A stretch of 46,010 bases of DNA, filler included, from Jimgerdemannia flammicorona (Eukaryota): the NCBI GenBank assembly GCA_003990765.1. It is 2 parts of 2 records of this genome, joined end to end, with 100 filler letters (N's around TTAATTAATTAA, not from the genome) between each part and the next. Parts side by side here need not be neighbours in the genome. Positions count along the whole stretch, not along the records: positions 23,061 to 46,010 come from RBNJ01001179.1; 1 more part is not named here. One strand, written 5' to 3'. Positions 34,779 to 46,010 of this stretch are shown here, piece by piece (the first letter of the stretch is position 1; each line of letters opens with the position of its first letter). A program made the translations under genes and the position numbers. Under the pieces are notes generated by a model. It was not told the origin of the DNA. It did not search any database and saw only the letters and a list, made by a program, of their open reading frames with translations.

Positions 34779-37700
34779 AGCCCCTTGACCACCTAGGTTG
34801 GGAAATCCAAATGATATCCCACATACTATAGCTTTGGTATCCAATACACATTCAGCACCATCACCCTTCTGGCTAAGGACATATGCCGACCACTCCATCA
34901 CAGTAGAACATTTCCTCACTCCAGAAGTTGATGGTCCCACCATGCATGGGGAAGAAGAGATCTGAACACTAAGAAGTAGATCTCCAAATAACATACTGAT
35001 TCACTAGCCAGTACCACTGTCCCAATTATATCGCCACTAACAATTCTAGTACCCAGCACCAGAGTCTCACATTTGTGCCAGTTTAGTTTAGCACCAGAAC
35101 CCCTCTCATACTATTCCACAGACCTCTGTAACTCCCCCACATCCATCAAGGAGCCCAGCCTGACCACTATATCATCAGCAAAGACCCCCACCTTCCAATT
35201 AATCTCTAAAATGTTCAAATCCCCAATCTGATGCCAAATTCTATCTAGTAGAGGCTCCAAGGAGAGGGCATACAATATGGGCAACAAGGGGTCCCCTTGT
35301 GGTACCCCACATCTCAGGAGAAAGGTCATCCCCCTGTAGCCATTGATGACCAATGCTGTCTGACTGTCCTCCAAGAGACTGATCAATGATCCTTAGAACC
35401 CTGGGGGGATACCAATCCATTTCAGTACTCCCTCTAGCCAGATCCTCCACACTCTATCATATACCTTCTCTTGATCCAGAAATACCAATTGGCCATCCAC
35501 CCCTATTGCCCGGGCACCTTCAATCACTCTATATACCCAAGCTGTCCCATCACAAATCAACTGGCCACCAACAAACCCACACTGCTCTACACTAAGCACC
35601 TGCTGAGCAATTCCTTGCAGCCTCATCACTAAGATCTTTGTCACCAGTTTGCAGTCCATGTCGAGAAGCATGATTGGCTGCTAGTTCTTTCAGTCTTCTT
35701 GCCTCCTCTTATTCTTGTAGAGCAAGGAGACTAGCCCTAGGCACTGTCCCCCAATCCAAGCACCAGACTGAAGGACCCCATCATACATAGCAGTCATTTC
35801 CTTTAGCACCTTGCCCACCCCAGCCATCTTCTGCCAAAAATCCCAGGGAAGTCCATCCTCTCCTGGAGCTATCCCCTTACTCATTAAGGCCACAACCTTG
35901 CAAATTTCCTCTCCACTCACCGGGTCCCCCAAAGTCCCTAGGCCCATCGCAGGGTTCGGGTACCAATCTCCCAGCTGCCTTTCAATGTCTAAAGCATCCA
36001 CTCCTCCATCCTCCTTACTCCATAGATTCTCCCAACTAGTTCTTAATAAGCTCAGAATCACCAGAGTCCCCACCACTAGCTTGCCATTCACATCCAGAAC
36101 TCCCTCTCACCACTGCTTCATTTGTTATACTTATAACAACTGCAACAAAAACCTAGTAGGCCTCTCTCCCTCCTCAAGCCCCTGCCACTGCAGTTGGGCC
36201 ACTATTCCCTGCAGCTTCACCTCCTCCTCTCTTTATAACACTCCTTTAAGCTCCTCCACCTCCTTCTGGATTCTCACAATATGCCAATCAGTCACCTCCC
36301 CATCTTCCAGCATACCTGCCTATCTCTCCATGAGTGCTGCCAGATGCCATGAGATCCACAGCACCCTCTGCCTTTGCTGGGCACACCTTTCTTTCCCTGC
36401 TTCCCTCCAATATATCTGAGCATTCACCTTCAGTCTCCTCCAGTGGTCCCCAATCCCAAGGCCCTGTTCCTGCCACCTTCTGATATTCCCAACAACCTCT
36501 GCTTCCCAACCCTCCCACAAAACCCTATCCTCCAATAAGGAAGAATTTAGCTGCCAATGTCCAGGTCTATCCTTACTTCCCCCAAACCTCTTCCCTCCAA
36601 GCAGCCCCCAGTGATCAGACCATGGGCACTAAACTACTTCCAGTGCTAACCAGACATCTGCTCCCCAATACTCTGCTGTCAAAACCCAGTCAATCCTGGA
36701 GCCCAGCCCTGCTGCCCAGTGGGTGTACACCCACTGATTGGCCCAAAAATGTCTTCCTGAGTCTACTAAAGAACTCAACCTCTCTGTCTTCAGCCAGTCA
36801 CCCAACCCACCACTTTCACCCCACATGCCTCTCCCTCCATCTGTTCTATCCATCTCCTTATCCCATACCATGTTAAATCACCCCCCATACAGTTCAGCCC
36901 AACCTCTCCCAATATACCAGCCTCTTTCAACCTGCGAATCCAGTCCACCCTCTCCCCTCTCTCAGCTGGGCAGTAATAAGACCCAACCATCAATGAGCCC
37001 CAACCAGGCCTCTTTCATATTCCCTACACCACCCAAGACCCCCAATGTCCAATGCTCTCAATGTCCCCCATCCCTTTCTGAATGAGAATACCCACTTTCC
37101 CCCTCCATACTACTGCCCCCCCCCCATTCCTTAGTCCAATCCTGCAAATCCACATCTGCCTCATAATGAACATCCTGTAACAAGAAGAGGTCCACATCCA
37201 GTCCCTTAAGCCATCCAAATATATACTTCCTCCTAGCTATCCCCTGTAACCCATTAACGTTCAAAGAGAATATCCTAGTTATACTGTTCATATTGAAAGA
37301 ATGTTGCAATAGAGACCCTAGCCTAGAATTCTATGCTCATCTCATCCCCAGCCAGATCTAAGTGCTGTTCAGCTTCCAAGTCACCCTCTGCATTAGCCTG
37401 AGTATCCAGTGCCTCCAAGATTTCCTGACATTCCACCCCATCCACTACCTCTATCTCCAACCAGTAATCTAAGCAGAATGCGCATCACTTCTCCAGTCCC
37501 TTTCTCGAGTTCCACAAGAATAGTGCCCTGTTACTCACAATCCTCCTAAGTTCCTCCTCTCTCTGATCATCGACTTAATATTCAACCAACTCCAGGAGAA
37601 CAGTCAGGATCTCATTCCTCATCTTCCTCAGTACCTCCTCCCCCTATAGGATCTCCTCCCAATGCCTCTCTTCCATCACCCTGAAATCCTCACCCCCCAG

Positions 37701-39289
37701 CTCTTCAGTTCCAGGGTCTTCCACATCCACTTCTCCTCATCCACCACCTCCACCACACCCTGAGCGATTTGTCCCCCATCTACCTCGGGGTCCACCAGTG
37801 TACTCCTCCTAACTGACTCATCCCACTCCTCATCTAGTACATCCAGCAGCTCCTCCTCTCCCTCCACTTCATACAGGACACTATACTGGGGGTACACACC
37901 TTTGCTCATATCCACATCTACCACCATATTGCCTTCTCTCTCCTCCTCTACTCCCATCTGAGTCCCACTCCAGGCCCTTTCCCCCCCCTCAGCCCAGGTG
38001 CTCTTCTGCAATCCCACAACCCCCTCCCCTAAGCTTCCACTAGCCCTACTCCCACCCAACCTTGCCAGCAGCTCCTTCTGGATTTTTCTCCCCTGCATCT
38101 TCTCCTAGGCCCCCTTCTCTATCCAGACCCTCTTCCCATCCACCTCTCCCACCACCATCCTGGCCTCAAACTCCTTCTATGCCAATCTCCTCCTTGCAAC
38201 CACCCCTTCCAGATCCTCCAGAGCCTCCAACAGGTCTTCCTCCTCTTCCTGGATTCCCTTCACCCTCGTGACCTTGTACTCCACTAGTCTCCACCTCAGT
38301 ATTGCTGGCCAGTCCCTCGACTTCCCCATACTCTCCCTTCCAGCCAGCCTCACCCTAACATCGACATCACCAGTCCAAAGCTCCATACCCTCCCAGACCT
38401 TGAACCCAACATCTACAATCTCTCCATACTCTCTGATCACCTCCACAACCAACTCCCTGGTCCTCTCCTTCGATACCATAGGGAGATCCAACACTGTCAA
38501 CTGCACCACTCGGGGATCCCAGTGCATACACCTGGCCATAGGGACTACAACCCTGCCAACTGTCACCCCCTTCTCCAAGGCCACCAGCAAGGCATCTTTC
38601 TCCTCAAACCCCACCTCGACCTCTTCCTTCCTCTTCAAAAACTTCACTGATGCTGCCTCCTTTGCCTCCTATGCTACCAGCCCCAAAATTATCCTTACCA
38701 TCACCGCCAAGCCCCAGAAACACATTGTGACCACGAATTCCGACCTCGACTTCTTGAGTAATGGGGCCAACACCATGCCCATCACTCCATCTGCCAGGTC
38801 CCCGGGCCTCGTGCCCACACCCTGTCCTGAATTATCAACTGCTGTCACATCTGGATTTTTTGCCAGATTCCCAGTCACAGCCCCATCACCAGTCACATCT
38901 CCAGCCCCTACTCCTGCTCCTCCCCTACCATCAGAAACTCTCTTGGGTACACCTCCCTGTCTCCTAGCAGTAGCTGTCGATGCCTTCCCTAGGCCCAGCC
39001 AACCATCTAGATCTGAGACCATCTTCTCCATTCTGACCTTATCAGCAAAGATCAACCTCTCCCCTCCTCTCTGTCTCAGACTGTCCCTCTCTCCACCACC
39101 AGGACCTCAGCTAGCCATTGAAGCCCCCAGCATCCCCAAACCATCTCCCCTCCTCCCCAGTCACCCCCCTGGCCAGTACGCTCACCAGTTCGATTATTGC
39201 CATCTATGTCGATAGTCATCAGATACCAAAAACATAGTAAAAAGTATTGTCTGAGTCTTGTATCACCTGAATGTTACTGGTGAAAGATG

Positions 39290-40523
39290 TTGTCTACCTC
39301 CTACATTCTTGGGACCTCTCCCACAGCCCTTTATCAATATAGACCTACTTCCCATCAACAATCTCCAGGTGGGTTGACTCTACAAATACCTTCCAAGCCT
39401 TCACTCTCTGTTCTACCACACCACTCAACTCCTTCAGTATCTCTAACAAGTCCTCTTCCTCCTCCTCACTCTCCTTCACCCTTGTCACCTTACATATGAA
39501 AACTCTCCACACTATTACTGAAGGCCAGTTCTGAGCCTTTCTAGTAGTCTCTCTTCTAGCCAACTGAATCCAGATATCAACATCTCCTATCCAGAAGAAG
39601 ATTTCTTCCCACACCCTGAATTCTATATTAACTACCTCCCCATATCCAGTCATAACTTTCTCTACTCTCCTTCTCATCTCTACTGTGGTTACCATAGGAA
39701 CTTCTTTTACCAGGAGCTGCACCACTCTGGGATCTCACCTCAGACAGTATGCCATCAGTATATATACCTCCCCAACTGTCAACCCAGCCTTCAACATATC
39801 CTCCAATAGCCCAGTCTCCTCAAAGCCCACCTCCACCCCTTCTAGGCCCCTCAGGAACTTAATAGATACTGCACCATCTATCTGCTTTGTGATCAGCCCC
39901 AGGACTATCTTTGTTATCACTGCTAAGTCCTGGAAGCACAAAGTGACTACAAACTCTGAAATTAACTTCTTGAGTAATAGGGCCACTGCTAGTTCCATTA
40001 CACTATCAGCCAGGTCACTAAGCCTCATGTCCTTCCTACAACTCAGTCCACCATCAGTAGTCCCATCTAAATTTTTTTCCAGATCACCCATCATACTCTC
40101 ATCAGCAATCACTCCCTTAGCCACTATACTGCCAGCCCCCCTACTCTGGCCACCCAGTGAGGCTCCCCCTGGCTACTGCTGCTCTACATTCTTTACTGTC
40201 TCCTTGCTCCTCCTCAGTCAGTCCTCCAGTCTAGTCACTGGCTGTCTTCCCTTCACCTTATCTATGAAGCTCACCCTCCTGATCTCCTGCCCTCTAATAC
40301 TGCTCTCTCTTCTTCTTTGTCTGCCTGCCAGCAAGCCTCTTATGCTTCTCCCCAAGCCCAGATCCCTCCTCACATACTGCCAATTGAACACACTTGGGCC
40401 ACCCTACCCTGTATACACCTCAGAACACTCATTACTCACTATGTTACTAGTATCATTTCTCCAAAAACTATATTATGAATATTGTCAGAAAGTTGTATAA
40501 CCTGAATATTACCAGAGAAAGAT
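39290..40523 (-). mobile_element. LINE F: 5' UTR and first part of ORF1 of a LINE C-family copy, interrupted by LINE E
   Basis: ORF1 fragments closely match C (DLEKNLDG, DLADSVMEL, VQLLVKEVPMV); 5' motif ATCTTTCTCTGGTAATATTCAGG. Confidence 0.88.
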
Positions 40524-40582
40524 AAGAATGGCCAGTCCTTGTAAATATACTAACCAGACAAAAAAAAAAGAGGACTAAGATC

Positions 40583-41842
40583 TGTTAACTCTATATAACT
40601 ATAACTATAAGTAGTGATATCTTTAAAATCAGGATTTTCTCATATAACTAGTATATGTCCTAATTACAGTAACACATCATATATTCTACTAGGAAGTGTG
40701 ATCAAATTAGAGTCATACTAGACAGGTGAATAAGTATAAATACCTAAGACAAGAATATACTGTAACCCTTATCTCTCTCTCTTCTCTCTAAAGAAAAGAC
40801 AAGATAAGAATATCTGCTATCTGCCACTAAACTGTCCATTATAGCCAGCCCCTCTCAAGCCAGGTTGACTGCTTCTTTGGACACATCCAGGTTGCCCTCT
40901 AAGGAAGAAACCACCACTCTGAGGCCCTTAACCTCTCCAGCCAGGACCTAGGATATTATGTCCTCAACTACTATAAAGTTATTGAAAGGGCCTATCTTGC
41001 TACTAGCTGTCTAGAAATCTAGTATAAATATAAAATCAGCCATCAACTTCTTCAATGTGCAAATGGCCTATCCACTGATCAAGTCTCAGACTGGACTAAC
41101 TTAGATAGGCATGAGCAAAGACTAGCTAAGAAGGTCTATCAAATCATGCACCATGCACTTTTTGCAATATCCAATCTCAACTATATATAACTAAAGAACT
41201 TTCAGAACCTCTCCTTTTCGGAGGTTGATGAGCTGGGTCCAAGAAGCCAACTTCTAGATTACTCTCAAGTCTACTGACTGTGAACCCTACTGGAGCTCTC
41301 TCCTGAATAACAACCCAGACCAATGGCTCTAAGATCTCTCTGACCTCTTTAAAGGACCACTCATTTAAATGGATATCCTTAGACATAAGAATCAAGAACT
41401 CAACTTGGATAGTTCTAATTATATTAGATAGAGAACCCTTACTCTAATGTATATACCAGTGCAAGAACTATTTGCAGACCTTATTGACTTCTTCATCCTA
41501 AATATCAAGCCATCAGCAACCACCCTTCTAGTCACTGAAGAAGAAGACAATAATACTGAGAAAGATTCTCCACCTTTCTCTCTCCTGGTTCTCAATTTCT
41601 GAATTAACAAGAATGTTGATTTCTAAGGAAGAAAGGATGTAATAGAGTGAACAGATGAGACATGACATATAAATGAGTGAACAGATGAGACACAACATGT
41701 GATGATGAAAGATTATATGATCTGACAATGATGTTATCAATGATTGAGTATGATATATGATATTTCAAATGATAAATATAACAAATGATATAAATAATAT
41801 GAAAAATGATATCTAGCTTATTCTTAGCAATCAGTGCTGCAG
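40583..41842 (+). mobile_element. LTR relic carrying an accessory-family ORF
   Basis: TGTTA start, TATAAATA at ~40735, then a degenerate ORF; same layout as the D LTR; truncated by the D-family LTR at 41843. Confidence 0.55.
40810..41625 (+). pseudogene. Accessory-family ORF relic (HTH-like core)
   Basis: ALNLSSQDLGYYVLNYY..YKISHQLLQ..STDQVSDWTNLDRHEQRLAKKVYQIM..AISNLNYI*LKNFQNLSFSEVDEL, then YWSSLLNNNPDQW after a frameshift; presumed ATG now ATA. Confidence 0.72.
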
Positions 41843-42560
41843 TATAAGAGGGTTACTTGTTAGAGTAACCATTACATAGTTCTGAAAGGGTTTTCTGGAT
41901 GTTCTGGAAGATTATTTTCTTAAGGTCAAGATTAATTTCATATAGAGTATGTCCTCTACACTTATTGATTTTAAGATCAAGTTGATGTCTCAATCAAAGT
42001 TCTTTTTCAAACTAGTTCTGGATGTTCAGGATTTTCTATATTTCAGGAAGTTTAAGAAACTAAGACCAGCTTAGTTGAATTGGTATATTACTATAGACAA
42101 TATCTGATTAAGAAATTTCATGATAGAGTTAGGAGTAAGACCTAATAGGGAGTGGATTTACTTAAGAGTAGTTTGTGGGTTATTAAATAAGTTTATTCAC
42201 TATTTATGATATTGCTATACTAGGAGTAGTTGTATAAGGATATTGAGGAAATATTCAGAAGTTGTGTTTGAAATATTCTATATATTCAAGTCTGAGATTC
42301 TGAGGTTTAGAGGAGGGGGTATTTATACTAATAGAAGGCTATCTGGACTATACTAAATATGGATATAGTACTTAGTGCCTTACTGAGTCAGAATGTAGTC
42401 ATATAGTATAAGTGTGATCTGATATGTCAAGAGATCATCTGACTGCTGAGTCAGTTCACAGTTATATCATACAATGCTAATCTAACTATACTAATAACTG
42501 CTGAGCTATCTATAGATTTAGATACTATCTGGATAGTCTTCAATGACATCACTATTGATA
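41843..42560 (-). mobile_element. Truncated older copy of the element D LTR
   Basis: Aligns to ~24284-25000 with many more transitions. Confidence 0.92.
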
Positions 42561-42563
42561 TCT

Positions 42564-43754
42564 TCCTTTCTCCACTACCTTATCGGTCACAGGGTTTGGT
42601 AGGCAATCTTCCGAGTCCCCTTTCCCCTATTATTACCCCCCTACCTCAGGTTGGTTTGCTGTGCCTGCATGGACATGGTGGGAGGAGAGCAATGGTGATG
42701 AGTTGCTCCTTTATCAGTATCAGATCAGTGTCTTCTCTACTTTTTTGTAGTTTCTGGTATCTTTGGCTGTATCTGGAGTGTATCCATTTTAGTATGGTGC
42801 CTTCTTCCTTTTGCTATTGCCAATAAGGTACTGTCTTGGTGTGTCTCAGGCTACATAGGGAGTCAGCCAACCTTGGGCATCAAGTGCTCAGTATAGGTTA
42901 CCTGCAGGTTTTTGGAGTCTGTGGTGGGGCCCTCTGGCTTTAGTGAGCTTCCCAGCAAGCACAGTTCTGGCATAGATGACTGTTTTTCAGGTGTTATCGG
43001 GATGGAAGGAGAGATGGCCATCACAGATAGGAGGATGGGTGATAATGGTGAACCAGTGAAGTGCCAGGCTGGGGGCAGTCATTGGGGCTGGGGCAGACAA
43101 TATTTTAGTGGGGCCTTTCGATTGGCTAGTAGGGGGTGGAGTGGTGCAGGGGCCAGCATCCTAGCTGTACCCAACTGGAACCAGGAGCTGATGTGACAAT
43201 ACGATCAAGGCCTGCAGGCTTGGGGAGTGGGACCTTCCTCATTTAGCAGTACCCAACTGGAACTGGGAGCTGATACAGCAATGTGATCAAGGCCTGCAGG
43301 CTCAGAGAGTAGGAGTGGGGTCTTTTCTGGCCCTAGCCCATGTGTAAGTCCTTTGTGGAAAGTTCTGTATGTAAGTCTTTTACTCACCTGCTTTGAATCC
43401 ACTTTGCTCTCTGTTGGTTAGTTGGGGGGTTTTTTCTTTACCTCAGGCTTTCTTTTGGGATTCAGGGGGCTATTTTTTATTCAGTCCCAGTGCTGCTAGA
43501 TCTGACACATAGGTGTGCTCTCATGTATAAATGATGATCTAGCTCTGGTGAGCAGACAAGTCTGGTCTATATCATGAGGGTCAATATAGCCAGTGTTTAA
43601 CAGACATAGCTGGAGTGGTGGGACTACTGGACAATTTAGTAGCCTAGGTTAATGAGGGAATATTGTTTGGTGGGTAGTAGGGGAGGGTTTTGGCCTATAT
43701 AGTCTAGGTTCCCTTCCAATAAAAATCTGTGGGACTATGAGTCCATTAAAAAAA

Positions 43755-43772
<18 letters not shown>
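42564..43772 (+). mobile_element. Repeat X: ~1.2-kb polyadenylated, probably non-autonomous retroposon
   Basis: Second copy at 1-280; internal ~82-bp tandem duplication at 43165-43325; AATAAA at 43718, hairpin 43732-43744, poly(A) 43748-43772. No TSD seen. Confidence 0.6.
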
Positions 43773-43803
<31 letters not shown>

Positions 43804-43846
43804 AAAAAGTCCTAAGAATTGATCAATATATATATATATATATATA
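43773..43846. repeat. (TA)n microsatellites
   Basis: Two TA runs directly visible. Confidence 0.9.
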
Positions 43847-45224
43847 CTCTATTTATCTATATTACTACTATATTATCTATATTATTTTGTAAACTTCAAA
43901 ATCCCTTTTTACAGCTAAATCAGTCTACCTCAGTAACAAGAATTGTTTTTATAATAAAGAGAAAACCAACCTTCTTGTCCAACTTTGTTTCTTCAAAAGA
44001 TGAATAAAACATTGTGCGGGACGTCAGTGCGGCCACATTCCCCGCTCGCTCCTCGAGCTGCTCGGCGAAAGTCACCTGCCCCTCGCAACTACATTGTGGC
44101 AACCATCATTCGACATTTGTGCCTAATTCACAAACATAAATGAAGCGATCTGTCGCCCAGAAAAGTCGGATTTGTGTGTGGCGGCCGCACTTGACGCGTC
44201 CAAATTTCTACGCTTTCGCGGCATTCCTACGTAGTTTAGTTAGCAAAGGAGCAGAGAAAATGTATAAATATGAGAATTATCTCAGTGAATTCGGAAAAAG
44301 AACGCGTGCAACCATAGCCAAGATCGAAACAACAGCTTCATTTTCAAACGCCCTGCGACGCTTAACGAATTCACTAGAAAATTGAGTACCCAAAAGTTTC
44401 TGGCGTTGGGCGTTAGCCTGTCTTAGGTGGGGTTTGTTTCACACTGAGGCGTTAGCCTGCCTTGGGCGTTGGTTTGTTTCAGGGGCTAGAACGTCACAAA
44501 CTAACGTTGCATTTCGCTCTACGCTCTACGAACGTATTTCGCTCTACGAACGCATTTTGAAGTCCCCTCCATTTCTCTCATCATTTAATATATAATTATC
44601 TAAATTATTTAACGGGTTCCCTCCCCGTATTCTATGACTACCAACCATTGTCTCCACCCCTACCATCGAATCCTTGCGCATGATGCATGAATGTGTCAGT
44701 CACGGGTGTACCCATACACTGAAACGCATGAATGGCGCATGGGGAACCAATCACTCTCTACCAACCGTCATCCCCATATCCCATCATTATCGTATTTATT
44801 CATTCCCTTCTCTTTTCATTTCTATTAACAATTTACTATCGTCGCTATCTAAAAGTTGAGTATAATGTCCGATATGGTTTGCTCACAAGAAAGCTTACTT
44901 ATTTCGAAAGACGAACTTCCCTTCGGGGGTACCTCGGCCTAAATGTCCGTAGATGATGCCTTGGCCTACAGCTTGTAGATACGGCGTAGGTTCGGATGCT
45001 GGAGTACCAGATCCCACCCAAGATAAGTCCAAGGAGAGTGCCATGGCGAGGACCGTTACTCCCGTGATAGGTGGGCACTATAAACATATAACGCTGGGTG
45101 GCACGGGAGACAGGCAGCAAGATATCAACGGTCCATGGCGGAAGTAGATTTTCTTTCCCAACATATTATGTGAGTAGGCTGGCACACAAACCCCACCCTA
45201 GTACCGCTGCATTTGTTTCCTGCT

Positions 45225-45289
45225 AACAGCCGGTCTGGGCAGCCCTAGCCCACTGATGAGGCCCTTTGGCTAGGGCCGAAACCGATGTT
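45225..45289 (+). ncRNA. Type III hammerhead ribozyme
   Basis: GUC cleavage triplet 45233-45235; stem I TGGGC/GCCCA; core CTGATGA 45253-45259; stem II GGCCCT/AGGGCC; GAAA 45278-45281; stem III CGGT/ACCG extended by AACA/TGTT. Confidence 0.92.
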
Positions 45290-46010
45290 CTTGCCATTCG
45301 TAAATGAGCATAGTTTCCGTTGTCGCCAGGCACACGTTTTGGAATTGACGCGTCACGCGTCCCAATATGTATATATATAAATAGGATAGGCTGTCGAAAT
45401 AATGAAGTCCAGATTTGAACTTTGGAATTCAGGTAAAGTGCGTCGACGCTTCACTTAAGAGTTTACTAGCGAATCCGACTTTTTCAGACACTCGACCGCT
45501 CATCACACTCGGTCCGAAGACATGACCGCGTCCGAAGAATACCATAGGATGAGATAAGATGGCCTCTAAGTATATATATACAAGAAATCGCGCATATCGC
45601 ACATAAAAAACCGCCGCCATAGTACATAATATAGTTTTCCGACTCTCTACACCTCCTGTCACCACTGTCTCATCAATGCTACCAAATATTCTAACCATTA
45701 TAAAATATCTGAAGTAAGCTCTTTAATTATTATAAAGGATTTAAAATATCTAAAGTAAGCTCTCAGCTACAAAGATATATATATATATATATTTTATAGT
45801 ATAATATTTTCTTTATCCCTTTGACTGTTTTGCACCTATATTTAGAGGCAAGATTTTAAAAGTTTATAACTTTTAAAATCATAATAGTTTTTAAAAAAAA
45901 ATTTACCAATAATTTTTTATATAATAATTCTACCTTTGGTAAAAATTTTACAAAAAAATTTTTTTTTTTTTTTAAACAAATTGAGATATATTTTTAACAG
46001 AAAAACAATG

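Larger units (their letters stand above)
23061..39289 (-). mobile_element. LINE E: full-length L1/Tx1-type element, split by element D
   Basis: 5' motif CATCTTTCACCAGTAACATTCAGG near 39289; ORF1 ~39203-37323; ORF2 from ATG 37291 to 23129 (GVPQGDPL, FADD); 3' end GTAATAAAGGTCAGTCCAAGGGACTTTA matches LINE C; poly(A) presumably in the gap. Confidence 0.92.

Noticed and set aside
38268..40500. Long Ser/Pro/Thr-rich ORFs antisense to LINE ORF1 (38268-39215, 39685-40500, also 13994-14644 and 14778-15635)
   Set aside because: Expected shadows of a G-rich, C-poor sense strand with few TTA/CTA/TCA triplets; no independent motifs.
1..42843. Inverted copies of repeat X as terminal inverted repeats of one giant transposon
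   Set aside because: The copies differ greatly in mutation load, an assembly gap lies between them, and no transposase or recombinase is present.
44140..45147. Short ORFs and small duplications in the CpG-rich region
   Set aside because: No recognisable domain or consistent exon structure; treated as intergenic.

Overview
Eukaryotic DNA, probably from an early-diverging fungus (inference). A ~40-kb nest of retroelements lies between the 3' part of a host MIR-domain gene (2858-3700, minus) and a CpG-rich unique region (44000-45700). Nest 1 is chromoviral Ty3/Gypsy element A (4059-22805, TSD GATTC), inserted into an older LTR of its own family. A carries Ty3/Gypsy element B in its 3' LTR (4337-11064, TSD CTAG) and full-length L1/Tx1-type LINE C in its RT (13705-19597, 16-bp TSD). 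After an assembly gap, nest 2 is LINE F (5' part) interrupted by full-length LINE E (23061-39289), itself interrupted by chromoviral Ty3/Gypsy element D with 2064-bp LTRs (24284-34778, TSD AGCCC). LTR relics and a ~1.2-kb polyadenylated repeat follow. All three Gypsy families encode dUTPase. Main findings: (1) an apparently unnamed accessory protein family with a helix-turn-helix-like core, found by manual alignment in four different LTR elements, either just after integrase or inside the LTR behind its own TATA box; (2) a palindromic operator-like array in the LTR promoter of element B; (3) an intact type III hammerhead ribozyme with kissing loops at 45225-45289. Most TE ORFs are broken by C>T/G>A mutations. 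All homology calls are by eye; no database search was run.
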